Origin: Thermodesulfobacteriota bacterium
GTDB taxonomy: Bacteria; Desulfobacterota_D; UBA1144; Nemesobacterales; Nemesobacteraceae
DNA: 64,000 nucleotides
NCBI GenBank assembly: GCA_965202785.1
Contig: OZ241855.1
Coordinates: 672,001-736,000 of the forward strand
Direction of reading: 5' to 3'
How positions within the stretch are numbered: the stretch's first letter is position 1; each line of letters starts with the position of its first letter. The position numbers were made by a program, and so were the translations under genes. The notes under the pieces were generated by a model. That model did not search any database, was not told the DNA's origin, and was given only the letters and a program-made list of their open reading frames with translations. Positions 49,484 through 59,291 of this stretch are shown here, in pieces.

Positions 49484-51522
49484 TGGAACCGAAAAAGGCC
49501 ACATTCTGTGTCTTTCTCTTTGCTCTGCTTGCACTCTCCATCTCGGCCGAGGGCGCGCGCGCCAACCACGCCGACTGCGAAAAAGTCCTGCAATCCACCG
49601 AGGAAACCCTCGAGGCGCGGTTCCTGAAGCTTCACTGCCACGCCCGGGAGCGGCAGCATGCCGAAGTGCACGGGGTCCTCGCCGAGATAAAGGATAAGCT
49701 CCTCTTCATAGAGGACTACATCCTTTACTACGAAGCGGAGGCGGCTTTAGGCCTCGGGCAGAAGGAGAGGGCCGAGGCGCTTTTCCTGAAGATACTGAAA
49801 CACCACCCCGACTCGGCGATCGGCCATGACGCCCGTGAGCGGCTTGCCGAAATCCACCTCGAGAACGAACGTCACGCGGAAGCGGAAAAAACATACTCCC
49901 ATCTTGCCCGGAGGACCGACAGCAGGTGGAAAAAAGCCGTTTACCTCAAAAACCTCGGCGAAATAAAGGAAAAACAGGGAGACTTCCCCGCGGCCTCCGG
50001 GATATTCGAGAGGATATGGGCCGAGCACCCGGAGGTAAGCTTCTCGGATTACGCGTTCGAGCTTTACAAAAAAAACGGAAAAATCTTTACCCCCTCGCCG
50101 CAGCAGTTCGAAAAAAGGGGGGACGTAATGTTCGAGGCCGGAAACTGGGAGGGAGCGCTTGAGGCCTTCTCCAAGGCTCCCAAGACAAGCGCGGTGAGAA
50201 CGAAAACCGGCATCTGCCTCTACAGGCTCACCCGGTTTCCCGAAGCTCTCGATGTATTCTCTGGGGTCAACTCCCCGGAGGCCTTTCACTGGAGGGGGGT
50301 TACGCTCATGAGCATGGAGCGAGAAGAGGAGGCCATAGCAGTCTTCGAGAGACTCCTCAAGCTTAACCCCCAAAGCCCCTGGGCGGCAAAGTCGCTTCTT
50401 AAGGCCGCGAGGCTCCGCCACCTGCGCGAAGAACCGGAAGAGGCCCACCGGCTCTACCGCCTTGTCATCGAGAAATACCCCCAAAGGGAAGAGGCCCGGG
50501 AAAGCGCGTGGAACCTCGGGTGGATGCACTACAGTAAAAAGGAGTACGCAAAGGCCGTAGAGGCTTTCTCCGACCGCGCCTGGGCGAGGGGGAGAGACCG
50601 GGAGCGCTTTCTTTACTGGTACGCGAGGGCGTCCGAGCGGGCGGGAGACAAGCCCGGGGCGCTGTTCGCGCTTGGAGAACTCGCCGAATCCCAGAAAATT
50701 ACCTACTACTCGGCTCTCGCGAAGATAAGGCTCAGGGAAAAGCTGCTTCCGTCCCCGCCTCCCGCCGCTGCCTGGTCGGGAAACCCTTTCGGGAAAAATC
50801 CCGCGCTCAAGAAATTTCTTTTCTTCGCCAAGGCCGGGATATACGATCTCGCCCTCAGGGAAGCCGAGCTTCTTCGGCCCCAGGCGAAAACGCGCGCGCA
50901 GCGACTCTACCTCGCCTCTCTTTACCTGCAGGCACAGGATTACAAAACCTCCATAAGCCTGGCAAACGGCGTCAGGTCCCCCGAGGCGCTCCGCCTTTCC
51001 TTTCCCAAGGGCTTTGAGGAGCGGGTGAGGTTTTTTTCGCGCAAATACTCGCTTGACGAGTTTCTGGTCTATTCCCTCATAAGGGAGGAGAGCCATTTCG
51101 ACAAGGAGGCGGTCTCGGTTTCCGACGCGAGGGGGCTAATGCAGCTTCTTCCCTCGACGGCGCTTGAAACGGCGCCCAAGGCGGGTCTCAGCAATTTTCA
51201 GGCTTCCCAGCTTTTCTCCCCGGACATAAATCTTGAACTGGGATGCTATTATCTGAGCTGGCTGCTGGAGATCTTCGAGGGCAACTTCGCCATAAGCCTC
51301 GCCGGCTATAACGGAGGCCCCACGAGCGCCAAGACGTGGCATGAGAAAAACGGAACGCTCGACGTAGACGAATTCATAGAGGAAATCCCCTTCGAGCAGT
51401 CAAGGAACTACGCGAAGAAAATCATAAGGAGCTATGTCGCTTACGAGGCGGTCTACGGAAGGGAGAAAGATCAGTTCTCAAGGCAGAGCTTCGAGAAGTT
51501 CCTCAAGATCATGAGCCCGTAG
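49483..51522 (+). CDS. TPR-containing soluble lytic transglycosylase (Slt-type)
   Basis: Signal peptide, TPR-like helices, IREES.F..AVS...ARGLMQL, AGYNGG, EEIPF. Confidence 0.92.
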   Translation: MEPKKATFCVFLFALLALSISAEGARANHADCEKVLQSTEETLEARFLKLHCHARERQHAEVHGVLAEIKDKLLFIEDYILYYEAEAALGLGQKERAEALFLKILKHHPDSAIGHDARERLAEIHLENERHAEAEKTYSHLARRTDSRWKKAVYLKNLGEIKEKQGDFPAASGIFERIWAEHPEVSFSDYAFELYKKNGKIFTPSPQQFEKRGDVMFEAGNWEGALEAFSKAPKTSAVRTKTGICLYRLTRFPEALDVFSGVNSPEAFHWRGVTLMSMEREEEAIAVFERLLKLNPQSPWAAKSLLKAARLRHLREEPEEAHRLYRLVIEKYPQREEARESAWNLGWMHYSKKEYAKAVEAFSDRAWARGRDRERFLYWYARASERAGDKPGALFALGELAESQKITYYSALAKIRLREKLLPSPPPAAAWSGNPFGKNPALKKFLFFAKAGIYDLALREAELLRPQAKTRAQRLYLASLYLQAQDYKTSISLANGVRSPEALRLSFPKGFEERVRFFSRKYSLDEFLVYSLIREESHFDKEAVSVSDARGLMQLLPSTALETAPKAGLSNFQASQLFSPDINLELGCYYLSWLLEIFEGNFAISLAGYNGGPTSAKTWHEKNGTLDVDEFIEEIPFEQSRNYAKKIIRSYVAYEAVYGREKDQFSRQSFEKFLKIMSP

Positions 51523-52091
51523 TCAGAGCTTTTTTCAGGATGGAACTGAAAAGCGGAAAGGTTTCCCGATATTACCCCCGCCTCGAACTCGCCCCCGTAA
51601 TCGGAGAGCAGAACGTCTGCGCCGGGCTCGTCAGAAACCACGTGGTAGGAGTGAACGAAGTAAAACCAGCTTTGCTGCGGTATCCCTTCAAGTATGGAAC
51701 TTCGCTCGGGCGCGCTCACCCTGTTCCAGCCCATGTGAGGCACCTTAAGCTTCTTCTCGCCAACGCTAAACCTGACTACCTTCCCCCTGAAGACCCCGAG
51801 CCCCTCTTCCCCCGGAGCCTCCTCGCTTGACTCGAACAGGACCTGAAAGCCGAGACATATACCCAGAAATGGCCGACCGCTTGCGATGAAATCCTTTATG
51901 GGCCCGGTCATTGAGCGCTCGCGGAGGTTCCTCACGCAGTCGCCGAAAGCCCCGACTCCGGGAAGCACGAGGCCGCTTGAGCCCTCTATGTCCCCCGGGT
52001 TCTCGGTAACGCGGACCTCTATGCCCTGGGAGGTAAACCCCTTCTCGACGCTTCTCAGGTTCCCCATCCCGTAATCCACGATGGAAATCAC
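51471..52091 (-). CDS. hisH: Imidazole glycerol phosphate synthase subunit HisH
   Basis: DYGMGNL.SV, PGVGAF, GICLG, PHMGWN, YFVHSY, QFHPEKS. Confidence 0.98.
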   Translation of the reverse strand: MISIVDYGMGNLRSVEKGFTSQGIEVRVTENPGDIEGSSGLVLPGVGAFGDCVRNLRERSMTGPIKDFIASGRPFLGICLGFQVLFESSEEAPGEEGLGVFRGKVVRFSVGEKKLKVPHMGWNRVSAPERSSILEGIPQQSWFYFVHSYHVVSDEPGADVLLSDYGGEFEAGVISGNLSAFQFHPEKSSDYGLMILRNFSKLCLEN

Positions 52092-52678
52092 TAAAGCGTC
52101 CCCTTGGTCGAGGGAATATCGTCACGACGCCCGTCAAGCGCCGAGGCTGTGTCCATGGATCTTCCCAGGGCCTTGAACATGGCCTCTATTATGTGGTGCA
52201 GGTTCGTTCCGTGGCGAAATTCGATGTGCAGGTTGCAGCGAAGCGAGTTCGTAAGAGACTTGAAGAACTCCTCGGCAAGCTCCGAGTCAAAATCCCCGAC
52301 CTTGCCCGGGGGAATCTCCCCCTTGAAAACAAAGCAGGGCCTGTCGCTAAGATCAACCGCCACCAAGACAAGCGCGTCGTCAAAAGGGATTACGGCATGT
52401 CCGTATCTGGTGATTCCCCTCTTGTCTCCAAGGGCTTCTGAGAAGGCTTCCCCGATTGCTATACCGACATCCTCCACGGTGTGGTGGAAATCAACGTCGA
52501 TGTCCCCTTCGGCCTTGACCGTGAGGTCAAAGTAGCCGTGCTTTGCGAACTGGCTCAGCATGTGGTCGAAAAACGGCACCCCTGTCGAGATATCGAATTT
52601 CCCGGTTCCGTCGAGATCAAGCTCAACGCTGGCACTGACTTCGGATGTTTCTCTTTTTAAAACGGCTTTGCGGGTCAT
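52091..52678 (-). CDS. hisB: Imidazoleglycerol-phosphate dehydratase
   Basis: FFDHML, DFHHTVED, HHIIEA, PSTKG. Confidence 0.98.
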   Translation of the reverse strand: MTRKAVLKRETSEVSASVELDLDGTGKFDISTGVPFFDHMLSQFAKHGYFDLTVKAEGDIDVDFHHTVEDVGIAIGEAFSEALGDKRGITRYGHAVIPFDDALVLVAVDLSDRPCFVFKGEIPPGKVGDFDSELAEEFFKSLTNSLRCNLHIEFRHGTNLHHIIEAMFKALGRSMDTASALDGRRDDIPSTKGTL

Positions 52679-53297
52679 TGTTAGACTGGGCTCCTTTCTT
52701 CGCGGCGGGGCGGCAAGTTTCGCTAATCATTCTATATACATACGTCTTTTATTGTCAATAAACCCGAGAGGGGATCATCGAGCTAACTAGTCAAAAGTTG
52801 CTGTCCTTTCTCAACTAACTTCCTGAAATTTCTATAAGATTAAATTTTTCACAGGTTCAAAGATTAAAAAATCTTTTAAGCAATTTTGTCAGTGTCTTGG
52901 ACAAGTTACAAAACAAAAATCTGTGGGAATTTGGCAGGGTGCAAAACAAACTTATAGGGAAATAGTATGCCTCGCGCGGAGAATTTGTGTAGTTGCAAAA
53001 ATGGTTTGATCACTTTTTCTTTATGCTAAGAGCGGAAAACAGGGGCTGGCATAATTTCTATTGATCCCTGTTAATCATTTGGTAAATTCCAATTATTAAG
53101 AGTATGCGGCAAAATCTGCTTGCGACTGCTGAGGGAAACCCTAGATCCCAAAAGTTCCGTAGGAGGAAATACGTCGGGATTACTAATTCCCGTGACGGTA
53201 GCGAATTTAAACTCACTGGCTAGGTGACGGAAAGTTTTTTCGAAATTATCGACGATTCTCCCAAGGGATTCTGAGTAGAGCCCTTTACAGCGAGAGT

Positions 53298-54203
53298 TCA
53301 GTAGGGATATTCATATCTCCATTCGTCATCTGAAAACCATTCGGCTATAAGTTCTGCCAGAACCGCATCATATGTTTTTAATTCCTCCCGTGTGTCAATT
53401 GAATTGTGAATACCGTCGGGAGGATCGCTCGCAAGGTTGGAGTTGAACCAAGACTGAACACCCTCGGCCCAATACTCATCGGCATTGGTTGCGGCATAGG
53501 TATCGAGCCACAAACCTGCTTCAATTGCATTTTCATAAGCGGCCTGCAGTCTTGGCATGAACTCCGGGTCAATGGAGACAATTCCTATTTGATGAATTGT
53601 GTGAGAAAATTCATGGATAAAGATGCTTTCACCTGCGTAGGGGTCTCCTGCAAATCCCAGCAGATTTTCTTCTCCTACGCTAGTTGCTGGTCTGACTAAG
53701 GTTGCACCGAGTCCACGTGCTCTAGTATTCCAATCAGTTTCTGGGAAAACTTCATTTAAATCGCTGTGCTCAGGAATATCCGTTGTAACCTCCTCAGCCG
53801 CCATAATTGCTATTCGTATTTTTCCTTCTATTATAGGTCCTATAACATCAGGTCTTTTCGATAACATACGTTCCATGAGATTTCTAACAACAAAAAACGC
53901 TTCATCTTCAACTTGCTCTGATGAAACTATTGGAATTCCAAAACCATCAAGATATTTTTCATAGAAGGGATCGAGATTGAACGATTCCCTCACTTGATCG
54001 GGAACAGCAGTCACCTCGAGATTGAGTTCCGGTTCTTCCGGCTGTTCCGGCATTTCCGGCTGTTCCGGCATTTCTGGCCGCTCCGCCTCTGGAGAAGTAG
54101 AATCACCACCTCCACCCCCACCGCAACTTAATATGAACAACACGCTAACAACGCAAAATGTTGCTAATAGTGCCAAGGTTCTGTTCTTAATTGTGAATTT
54201 CAT
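53298..54203 (-). CDS. Lipoprotein with zincin-like (HExxH) domain
   Basis: Lipobox ILSC plus poly-Gly, Pro/Glu linker, RARGLG, IHEFSHTIH, YAATN..EYWAEGVQSWF; GGAGG RBS; AT-rich. Confidence 0.85.
   Translation of the reverse strand: MKFTIKNRTLALLATFCVVSVLFILSCGGGGGGDSTSPEAERPEMPEQPEMPEQPEEPELNLEVTAVPDQVRESFNLDPFYEKYLDGFGIPIVSSEQVEDEAFFVVRNLMERMLSKRPDVIGPIIEGKIRIAIMAAEEVTTDIPEHSDLNEVFPETDWNTRARGLGATLVRPATSVGEENLLGFAGDPYAGESIFIHEFSHTIHQIGIVSIDPEFMPRLQAAYENAIEAGLWLDTYAATNADEYWAEGVQSWFNSNLASDPPDGIHNSIDTREELKTYDAVLAELIAEWFSDDEWRYEYPY
54040..54075. repeat. 18-bp tandem repeat encoding the EMPEQP linker
   Basis: ccggctgttccggcattt repeated twice. Confidence 0.8.
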
Positions 54204-54874
54204 TTTTAGCCCCTCCCTTTGCTAGGTTTTTGTAAGGTAATTACCTCTATAACTAGCCGCTTGCTCCATCATATTTATTAAGGAATTATTCTTTTAGGTT
54301 GACAGATTACCGATGTCAACCGAACATCGCAGGCTGTGAAAGCTCCATACAGTCTAGTAGCAATTTTATTCTCCTGCTTAACTGTTTGTCAAGTAAAAAT
54401 TAAGTTATTTCAGGGTGATATGGAACGTTTAGTCCTAACAAGCCACCTGCTCCACTCGGGTAAATGGAACTCTCAAACCTTCCCCACATGAATTCAGCCG
54501 ATGAATTACCTGCTTCCACGAGAAGAGATGTCACCGGGATAAGACGGCTCTGGGAATTCAAAGTACTGCACCGCGGGTTCGAGGAAGCGATACAGGGCTT
54601 GGAGAACTTGTAAACTTAAGTCTATAACCCCCCATTATTAGATCCAAAAACACTCAAATATTATACAAAAAAACACCAACGAGAGTGCCATCATCCAGCA
54701 ACCGCTCCCTCGTTTTACTTTTGGCTAGTTGAGTATATTATCCCTTGGAAACCTAAGACAAACAATCAGAAATCCAGACTTCCAAGAAACACCTGCCTTA
54801 TTCTGTTTTTCAAGCGATACTTTTATTGATACAATAGTGCGTGGTTGGAGACCCGCCACAGCGAGGTAGCAGTT

Positions 54875-55549
54875 TTGAAATTCATATTGGTTCCTGTAAA
54901 AGATCTTTCAAGGGCAAATGAAAGGCTTGCCTCGGTACTCAGCAACAAGCAGAGAACCGAACTTGCCTACGTGATGCTGGAAGACGTGTTCTCCGCGATC
55001 GGCGACTCGAAGCTTGCCGATAACAGGGTCGTTGTTACGCTTGACAGGAAAGCGGAGAGAATGGCCCTTGAGGAAGGGTTTGACGTCATAAGGGAAGAGA
55101 ACCAGTTCGGGGAAAGTTCGTCGGTTGACCTAGCGATCCAGGTCTGCAGAAAAATGGGTGCGAAATCCGTGCTCGTGATCCCGGGCGACGCCCCTTTAAT
55201 AACCGGCGAGGACCTGGACTCCGTCCTAGAGAAAGAGAAGAAAGGCAAGTCCGTGATTCTCGTTCCCTCAGAAGATGAGCTCGGCACAAACGCAATACTG
55301 AGAAAGCCTCCCGACAGCATCCCCTCGATGTTCGGAAACGACAGCTTCAGGAAACACAGGGAGGAGGCCGAGCGCAGATACGTGCCCTGCGACATCTACA
55401 GAAATTTCAATATCAGCATCGACATTGACGAGCCCGGGGACATAGAGACATTCTCCCACCACGGCTCCCATACCAAGACCTACAGGAAACTTCTGGAACT
55501 GGGGCTCATAAAGAAAGAAACGGAAAAAAACGGGGCGGCGGCCGGCTGA
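54875..55549 (+). CDS. cofC: 2-phospho-L-lactate/PEP guanylyltransferase (coenzyme F420 biosynthesis)
   Basis: LVPVK...A..RL..VL, MLEDV, IPGDAP, GTNA, FG.DSF.KH, DID.P.D. Confidence 0.88.
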   Translation: MKFILVPVKDLSRANERLASVLSNKQRTELAYVMLEDVFSAIGDSKLADNRVVVTLDRKAERMALEEGFDVIREENQFGESSSVDLAIQVCRKMGAKSVLVIPGDAPLITGEDLDSVLEKEKKGKSVILVPSEDELGTNAILRKPPDSIPSMFGNDSFRKHREEAERRYVPCDIYRNFNISIDIDEPGDIETFSHHGSHTKTYRKLLELGLIKKETEKNGAAAG

Positions 55550-55602
55550 TTTAGGCAGATCCGGGGCCGCGCCAGTTTCCGCTGAACCCCCGCGTGCGTG
55601 CG

Positions 55603-55630
55603 TTGAATCCTGGCGGAGTTCCGGTATAAT
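55603..55630 (+). promoter_or_regulatory. Sigma70 promoter for tRNA-Met
   Basis: TTGAAT-N16-TATAAT. Confidence 0.7.
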
Positions 55631-55663
55631 TTCCTGCTTTTCGAATTACCTTTTTTTTCCGAG

Positions 55664-55735
55664 GGCGGCGTAGCTCAGGGGTAGAGCGGGGCTCTCATAA
55701 GGCCTGTGTCGGTGGTTCGATCCCACCCGTCGCCA
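55664..55735 (+). tRNA. tRNA-Met (CAT), probably elongator; CCA not encoded
   Basis: GGCGGCG/CGTCGCC acceptor, CTCATAA loop, GGTTCGATCCC T-arm; G1:C72 pair argues against initiator. Confidence 0.88.
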
Positions 55736-55740
55736 CTCCC

Positions 55741-56145
55741 CTACTTCTCTTTTTCTTCTTCGAAATCCAAAGAGGCAGAATTTATGCAGTACCTAAGCCC
55801 CGTGGGCTTCGGACCGTCGGGGAAAACATGTCCCAGGTGGGCGTCGCACTTTGAGCATAGAACCTCGGTTCTCGTCATCCCGTGGGAACGATCGGACTTC
55901 TCCGCTATGTTCTCCCGCGAGACAGGCTCCCAGAAGCTCGGCCATCCCGTGCCGGAATCGAACTTCTCCGAGAAACGGAAAAGCTCCTGCCCGCAGCAGA
56001 CGCAGATGTACATGCCTTTTTCGTGATGGTCGTGGTACTTTCCGGTAAAGGCCCTCTCGGTGCCCTTCTTCCTCGTGACAAGAAACTCCTCGGAGGAGAG
56101 CTGCTCCTGCCACTGCTCATCTGTTTTCTTTATCTTCTCAGACAT
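55741..56145 (-). CDS. msrB: Peptide methionine sulfoxide reductase B
   Basis: [32 protein letters not shown]. Confidence 0.98.
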   Translation of the reverse strand: MSEKIKKTDEQWQEQLSSEEFLVTRKKGTERAFTGKYHDHHEKGMYICVCCGQELFRFSEKFDSGTGWPSFWEPVSRENIAEKSDRSHGMTRTEVLCSKCDAHLGHVFPDGPKPTGLRYCINSASLDFEEEKEK

Positions 56146-56152
56146 TGTCCGC

Positions 56153-57007
56153 TCACTCCCCGAGATTCCTCTTTGAATCCCGGGCCTCCCTCAAAAGGGC
56201 TGCCAGATTCTCTACATTACCGGAGGCGACGGCTTTTTCAATTTCCCCGAGCTTTCCCGCAAAACCGCGGATGGCGTCCAGCAGCGCGTCGCGGTTCTCG
56301 ATGAAAATACCGGCCCACATCTCGGGGGAGCTGCCGGCGATCCTGGTGAAGTCCGCAAGGCCCCCGCCCGAAAAATCAAAGAGGTTTCTCTCTCCTCCCC
56401 TTAAAGCCACCGCGCTCACAAGCGAATAGGCAACCGCGTGGGGAAGATGGCTTACAAGCGAGAAAACTTCGTCGTGGGATTCGGGGTCCATCTCGACCAC
56501 CTCGCTTCCAACGAGCGAAAAGAGCTTTTTCACCATGGAGAGAGCTTCGGGGCTGGTGCTCTCCACGGGAGTGACTACGCATCTTTTCCCCGAGAAAAGA
56601 CCGGGATCAGACTCCATGACGCCGGACGTTTCCTTGCCCGCGATGGGATGGGCTCCGACAAAGCGGATATTCCGGGGGGCATTTTCCATTTCCCTTACTA
56701 TGGAAGCCTTTACGCTTCCCACATCGCAAACCACCGTGCCGGGGGAAACGGATCCGGAAACTTCCCCGGCCACCCGTGCTATGGTATCCACGTAGGTAGA
56801 AACGACAACTATTTCGGACCCCGATATGCCGGGGCCGATTTCGGGAGCGCCCGCATCCGCGATTCCGTTCTCAAGGGCGAAGCGGAGTGACTCAGCGTCC
56901 CGCTCGACCCCGAAGACTTCCCCGACCTCCCCCGATTCGCGAAGGGCGGCCGCAAGGGAGCCTCCTATCAGCCCGAGACCTATCACCGTCACTTTTTCAA
57001 AAGTCAT
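56153..57007 (-). CDS. tyrA: Prephenate/arogenate dehydrogenase
   Basis: [22 protein letters not shown]...VSHLPH, TRIA.SSPEMW. Confidence 0.95.
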   Translation of the reverse strand: MTFEKVTVIGLGLIGGSLAAALRESGEVGEVFGVERDAESLRFALENGIADAGAPEIGPGISGSEIVVVSTYVDTIARVAGEVSGSVSPGTVVCDVGSVKASIVREMENAPRNIRFVGAHPIAGKETSGVMESDPGLFSGKRCVVTPVESTSPEALSMVKKLFSLVGSEVVEMDPESHDEVFSLVSHLPHAVAYSLVSAVALRGGERNLFDFSGGGLADFTRIAGSSPEMWAGIFIENRDALLDAIRGFAGKLGEIEKAVASGNVENLAALLREARDSKRNLGE

Positions 57008-58089
57008 CTTCTGAGAATTCTCCCAAGCGATTCAATGAATTTTTCGTTTTCACTCCCGAGGCCGAAACTTACCCGCAGGTGCGTTTTAAGTCCGTAGCCG
57101 CCCACAGGTCTCGTTATGACCCCGTCGCGAAGAAGCGCCTCGTAAACCGGCATCGGATCCCTCTCGAGATCAACGAGAACGAAATTTGTGTGTGACTCCG
57201 TGTACCTGACCCCGAGTTCCCCCAGCTTCTCGCGGAAATACTCCTTTGCGGTGCGGTTAAGCTTCCTTGAGAGGGCGACGTGTCCATCGTCGTCAAGCGC
57301 TGCGCAGGCCGCCACCTGCGCGGCCGAGTTCACGTTAAACGGCTCCCTGACCCGGTCCATGTAGGAAACCGCCTCTTTTGACGCAACCCCGTAGCCGATC
57401 CTGAGCCCCGCAAGACCGTAAATCTTGGAGAAGGTCCTCACCGTCACGAGCGATTCGCGGGCCGAGTGGTAGCGAAGCGTGTCCGGATACTCGGGGTCGT
57501 CCACGTACTCGAAATAGGCCTCGTCCACGAGCACTACCACGTTCTCGGGAACCCGCTCGAGAAACCACTCGAACTCGTCCCTTCTCACTATCGTCCCGGT
57601 GGGGTTGTTCGGATTCGCAATGTAGATGATTTTCGTTTTCTCGGTCACCAAGGAAAGCATGTCCTCGAGGTCGTGCGCAAGATCCGGCATCCGGGAGACG
57701 ACATGCGAGCATCCGAGCGACTGGGTGACGATCGGGTAGACGATAAACGCGTGACGTCCGTAGATGGCCTCGTCCCCGGGCTCAAGAAAGGTCCTCGCGA
57801 CGATCTCTATCACCTCGTTCGAGCCGTTGCCGATTACTATCGTGTCCTCGGGAACCCCGAGCTTCTCGGAAAGTTTCCGGCGGAGTTCAAAGCAGCCCCC
57901 GTCGGGATAAAGGTTGACCTTCGAGACGTGTTCTGAAAGAGCCTCTTTCGCAAGCGGGGAAGGGCCGAGGGGGTTTTCGTTCGAAGCCATCTTGGCCGCG
58001 CCCCGGATTCCGAGCTCCCGCTCGAGCTCCTCGATCGGCTTTCCAGGAACATAGGGAATAAGGTTCTTTACGCTTGCTCTTGGTTCCAT
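57004..58089 (-). CDS. hisC: Histidinol-phosphate aminotransferase
   Basis: YVPGKP, ASNENP, GNGSNE, NPNNPTG, DEAY, RTFSKIYGLAGLR. Confidence 0.96.
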   Translation of the reverse strand: MEPRASVKNLIPYVPGKPIEELERELGIRGAAKMASNENPLGPSPLAKEALSEHVSKVNLYPDGGCFELRRKLSEKLGVPEDTIVIGNGSNEVIEIVARTFLEPGDEAIYGRHAFIVYPIVTQSLGCSHVVSRMPDLAHDLEDMLSLVTEKTKIIYIANPNNPTGTIVRRDEFEWFLERVPENVVVLVDEAYFEYVDDPEYPDTLRYHSARESLVTVRTFSKIYGLAGLRIGYGVASKEAVSYMDRVREPFNVNSAAQVAACAALDDDGHVALSRKLNRTAKEYFREKLGELGVRYTESHTNFVLVDLERDPMPVYEALLRDGVITRPVGGYGLKTHLRVSFGLGSENEKFIESLGRILRR

Positions 58090-58117
58090 AGGAGGGGTTC
58101 GTCCCCCAAGCCCGACA

Positions 58118-59203
58118 TCAGCTCGACACTTCGGCGGGATAGGATCCCAGCACCTTGAGGAAAACGCAGTTGGCTTCCACTTTCTCGAGGGCGTCCTTTA
58201 CAGCTTCTTCGTCTCGGTGTCCCGAGAAGTCGGCGAAAAACACGTATTCCCACTGCCCGTCGTGCGAGGGTCTGGACTCGATTTTGGTGAGATTTATGCC
58301 GGATTCGGAAAAGGGGAGAAAAAACGTCGTGTGAAGTGCTCCCGGCTCATCCTTAACTGAAAAGGCGATCGAGGTCTTGTCCTCTCCGCTCGGGGCAGGT
58401 TTCTCCTTTCCCACCACCACGAACCGGGTCGTGTTGCGCGGGCTGTCCTCTATGTAGCCCTGTATCGTCTTCAGGTCGTATATCGACCCTGAGAATTCGC
58501 TTGCGATCGCGGCGACACTCCCGTCCCTTGCAGCTATCTTCGCCGCTGCCGCGGTGCTCGGGGTCTCAAGAAGCGCGACGCCGTAGAGGTTTGCGGCAAT
58601 CCATTTCTTGCATTGCCCGAGGGCGTGAGGGTGCGAGGCCACCGTCCTTATTTTGCTGACGTCCCCGTCGATGGAGAGCAGGAAGTGCTCGATGCGCTCG
58701 AAACACTCGGCCGAGATGTCAAGATCCCACCGGACGAGCATGTCAAGCACGTCCCCCACCGAACCCTCAACCGAGTTCTCGAGGGGCACTATGCCGAAAT
58801 CGGCCCTTTTGCTGTGCACTTCCTCGAACACATCCTCAAGGCTGTTTACGGGAAAAAACTCTGAGGAAGCGCCGAATTTCCGAAATGCGGCCTGGTTTGA
58901 AAAGCTTCCCGCGGGTCCGAGGTAGGCGACTTTATCTTGGTGCTGAAAGGACCTGCAGCGCGATATGATCTCCCTGAAAACAAAAAGGACATCCTTGTTG
59001 GAGAGGGGGCCGGGGTTGGCTTGCGTTATCTTGCTTTCTACCTCGTCTTCCCTGCCCCGGTCGTAAATTCCCAAAAAATCCTTTTTCTTGAGTCCGCTCA
59101 CCTCTATCGCAAGCTCCGCCCGCCTGTTTATAAGTTCAAGCAACTTGGCATCGAGGGCGTCTATTTCTCTTCTTACGGCGGCAAGTTCTTTCTTGGAGTT
59201 CAT
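58118..59203 (-). CDS. pheA: Chorismate mutase/prephenate dehydratase (P-protein)
   Basis: N-terminal AroQ helix, YLGP.G, PLENS.EG, TRF, NLTKIESRP, LGSY. Confidence 0.96.
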   Translation of the reverse strand: MNSKKELAAVRREIDALDAKLLELINRRAELAIEVSGLKKKDFLGIYDRGREDEVESKITQANPGPLSNKDVLFVFREIISRCRSFQHQDKVAYLGPAGSFSNQAAFRKFGASSEFFPVNSLEDVFEEVHSKRADFGIVPLENSVEGSVGDVLDMLVRWDLDISAECFERIEHFLLSIDGDVSKIRTVASHPHALGQCKKWIAANLYGVALLETPSTAAAAKIAARDGSVAAIASEFSGSIYDLKTIQGYIEDSPRNTTRFVVVGKEKPAPSGEDKTSIAFSVKDEPGALHTTFFLPFSESGINLTKIESRPSHDGQWEYVFFADFSGHRDEEAVKDALEKVEANCVFLKVLGSYPAEVSS

Positions 59204-59291
59204 TATCCAGTCTTAAGGAGAAGATTTTGGAGAAGGATAGCGAGGGGGTAGGGCAAAGTCAAATAGCCCTCGGGGGGTAAAAACGGGGCTC

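Noticed and set aside
49747-51096. 449-aa minus-strand ORF opposite the transglycosylase
   Set aside because: Antisense shadow in GC-rich DNA; the same applies to most overlapping ORFs in the track.
53100-53240. Possible c-di-GMP-I riboswitch (GGCAAA...GAAA...CAAAAG)
   Set aside because: Stems do not fit the consensus and no plus-strand gene follows.
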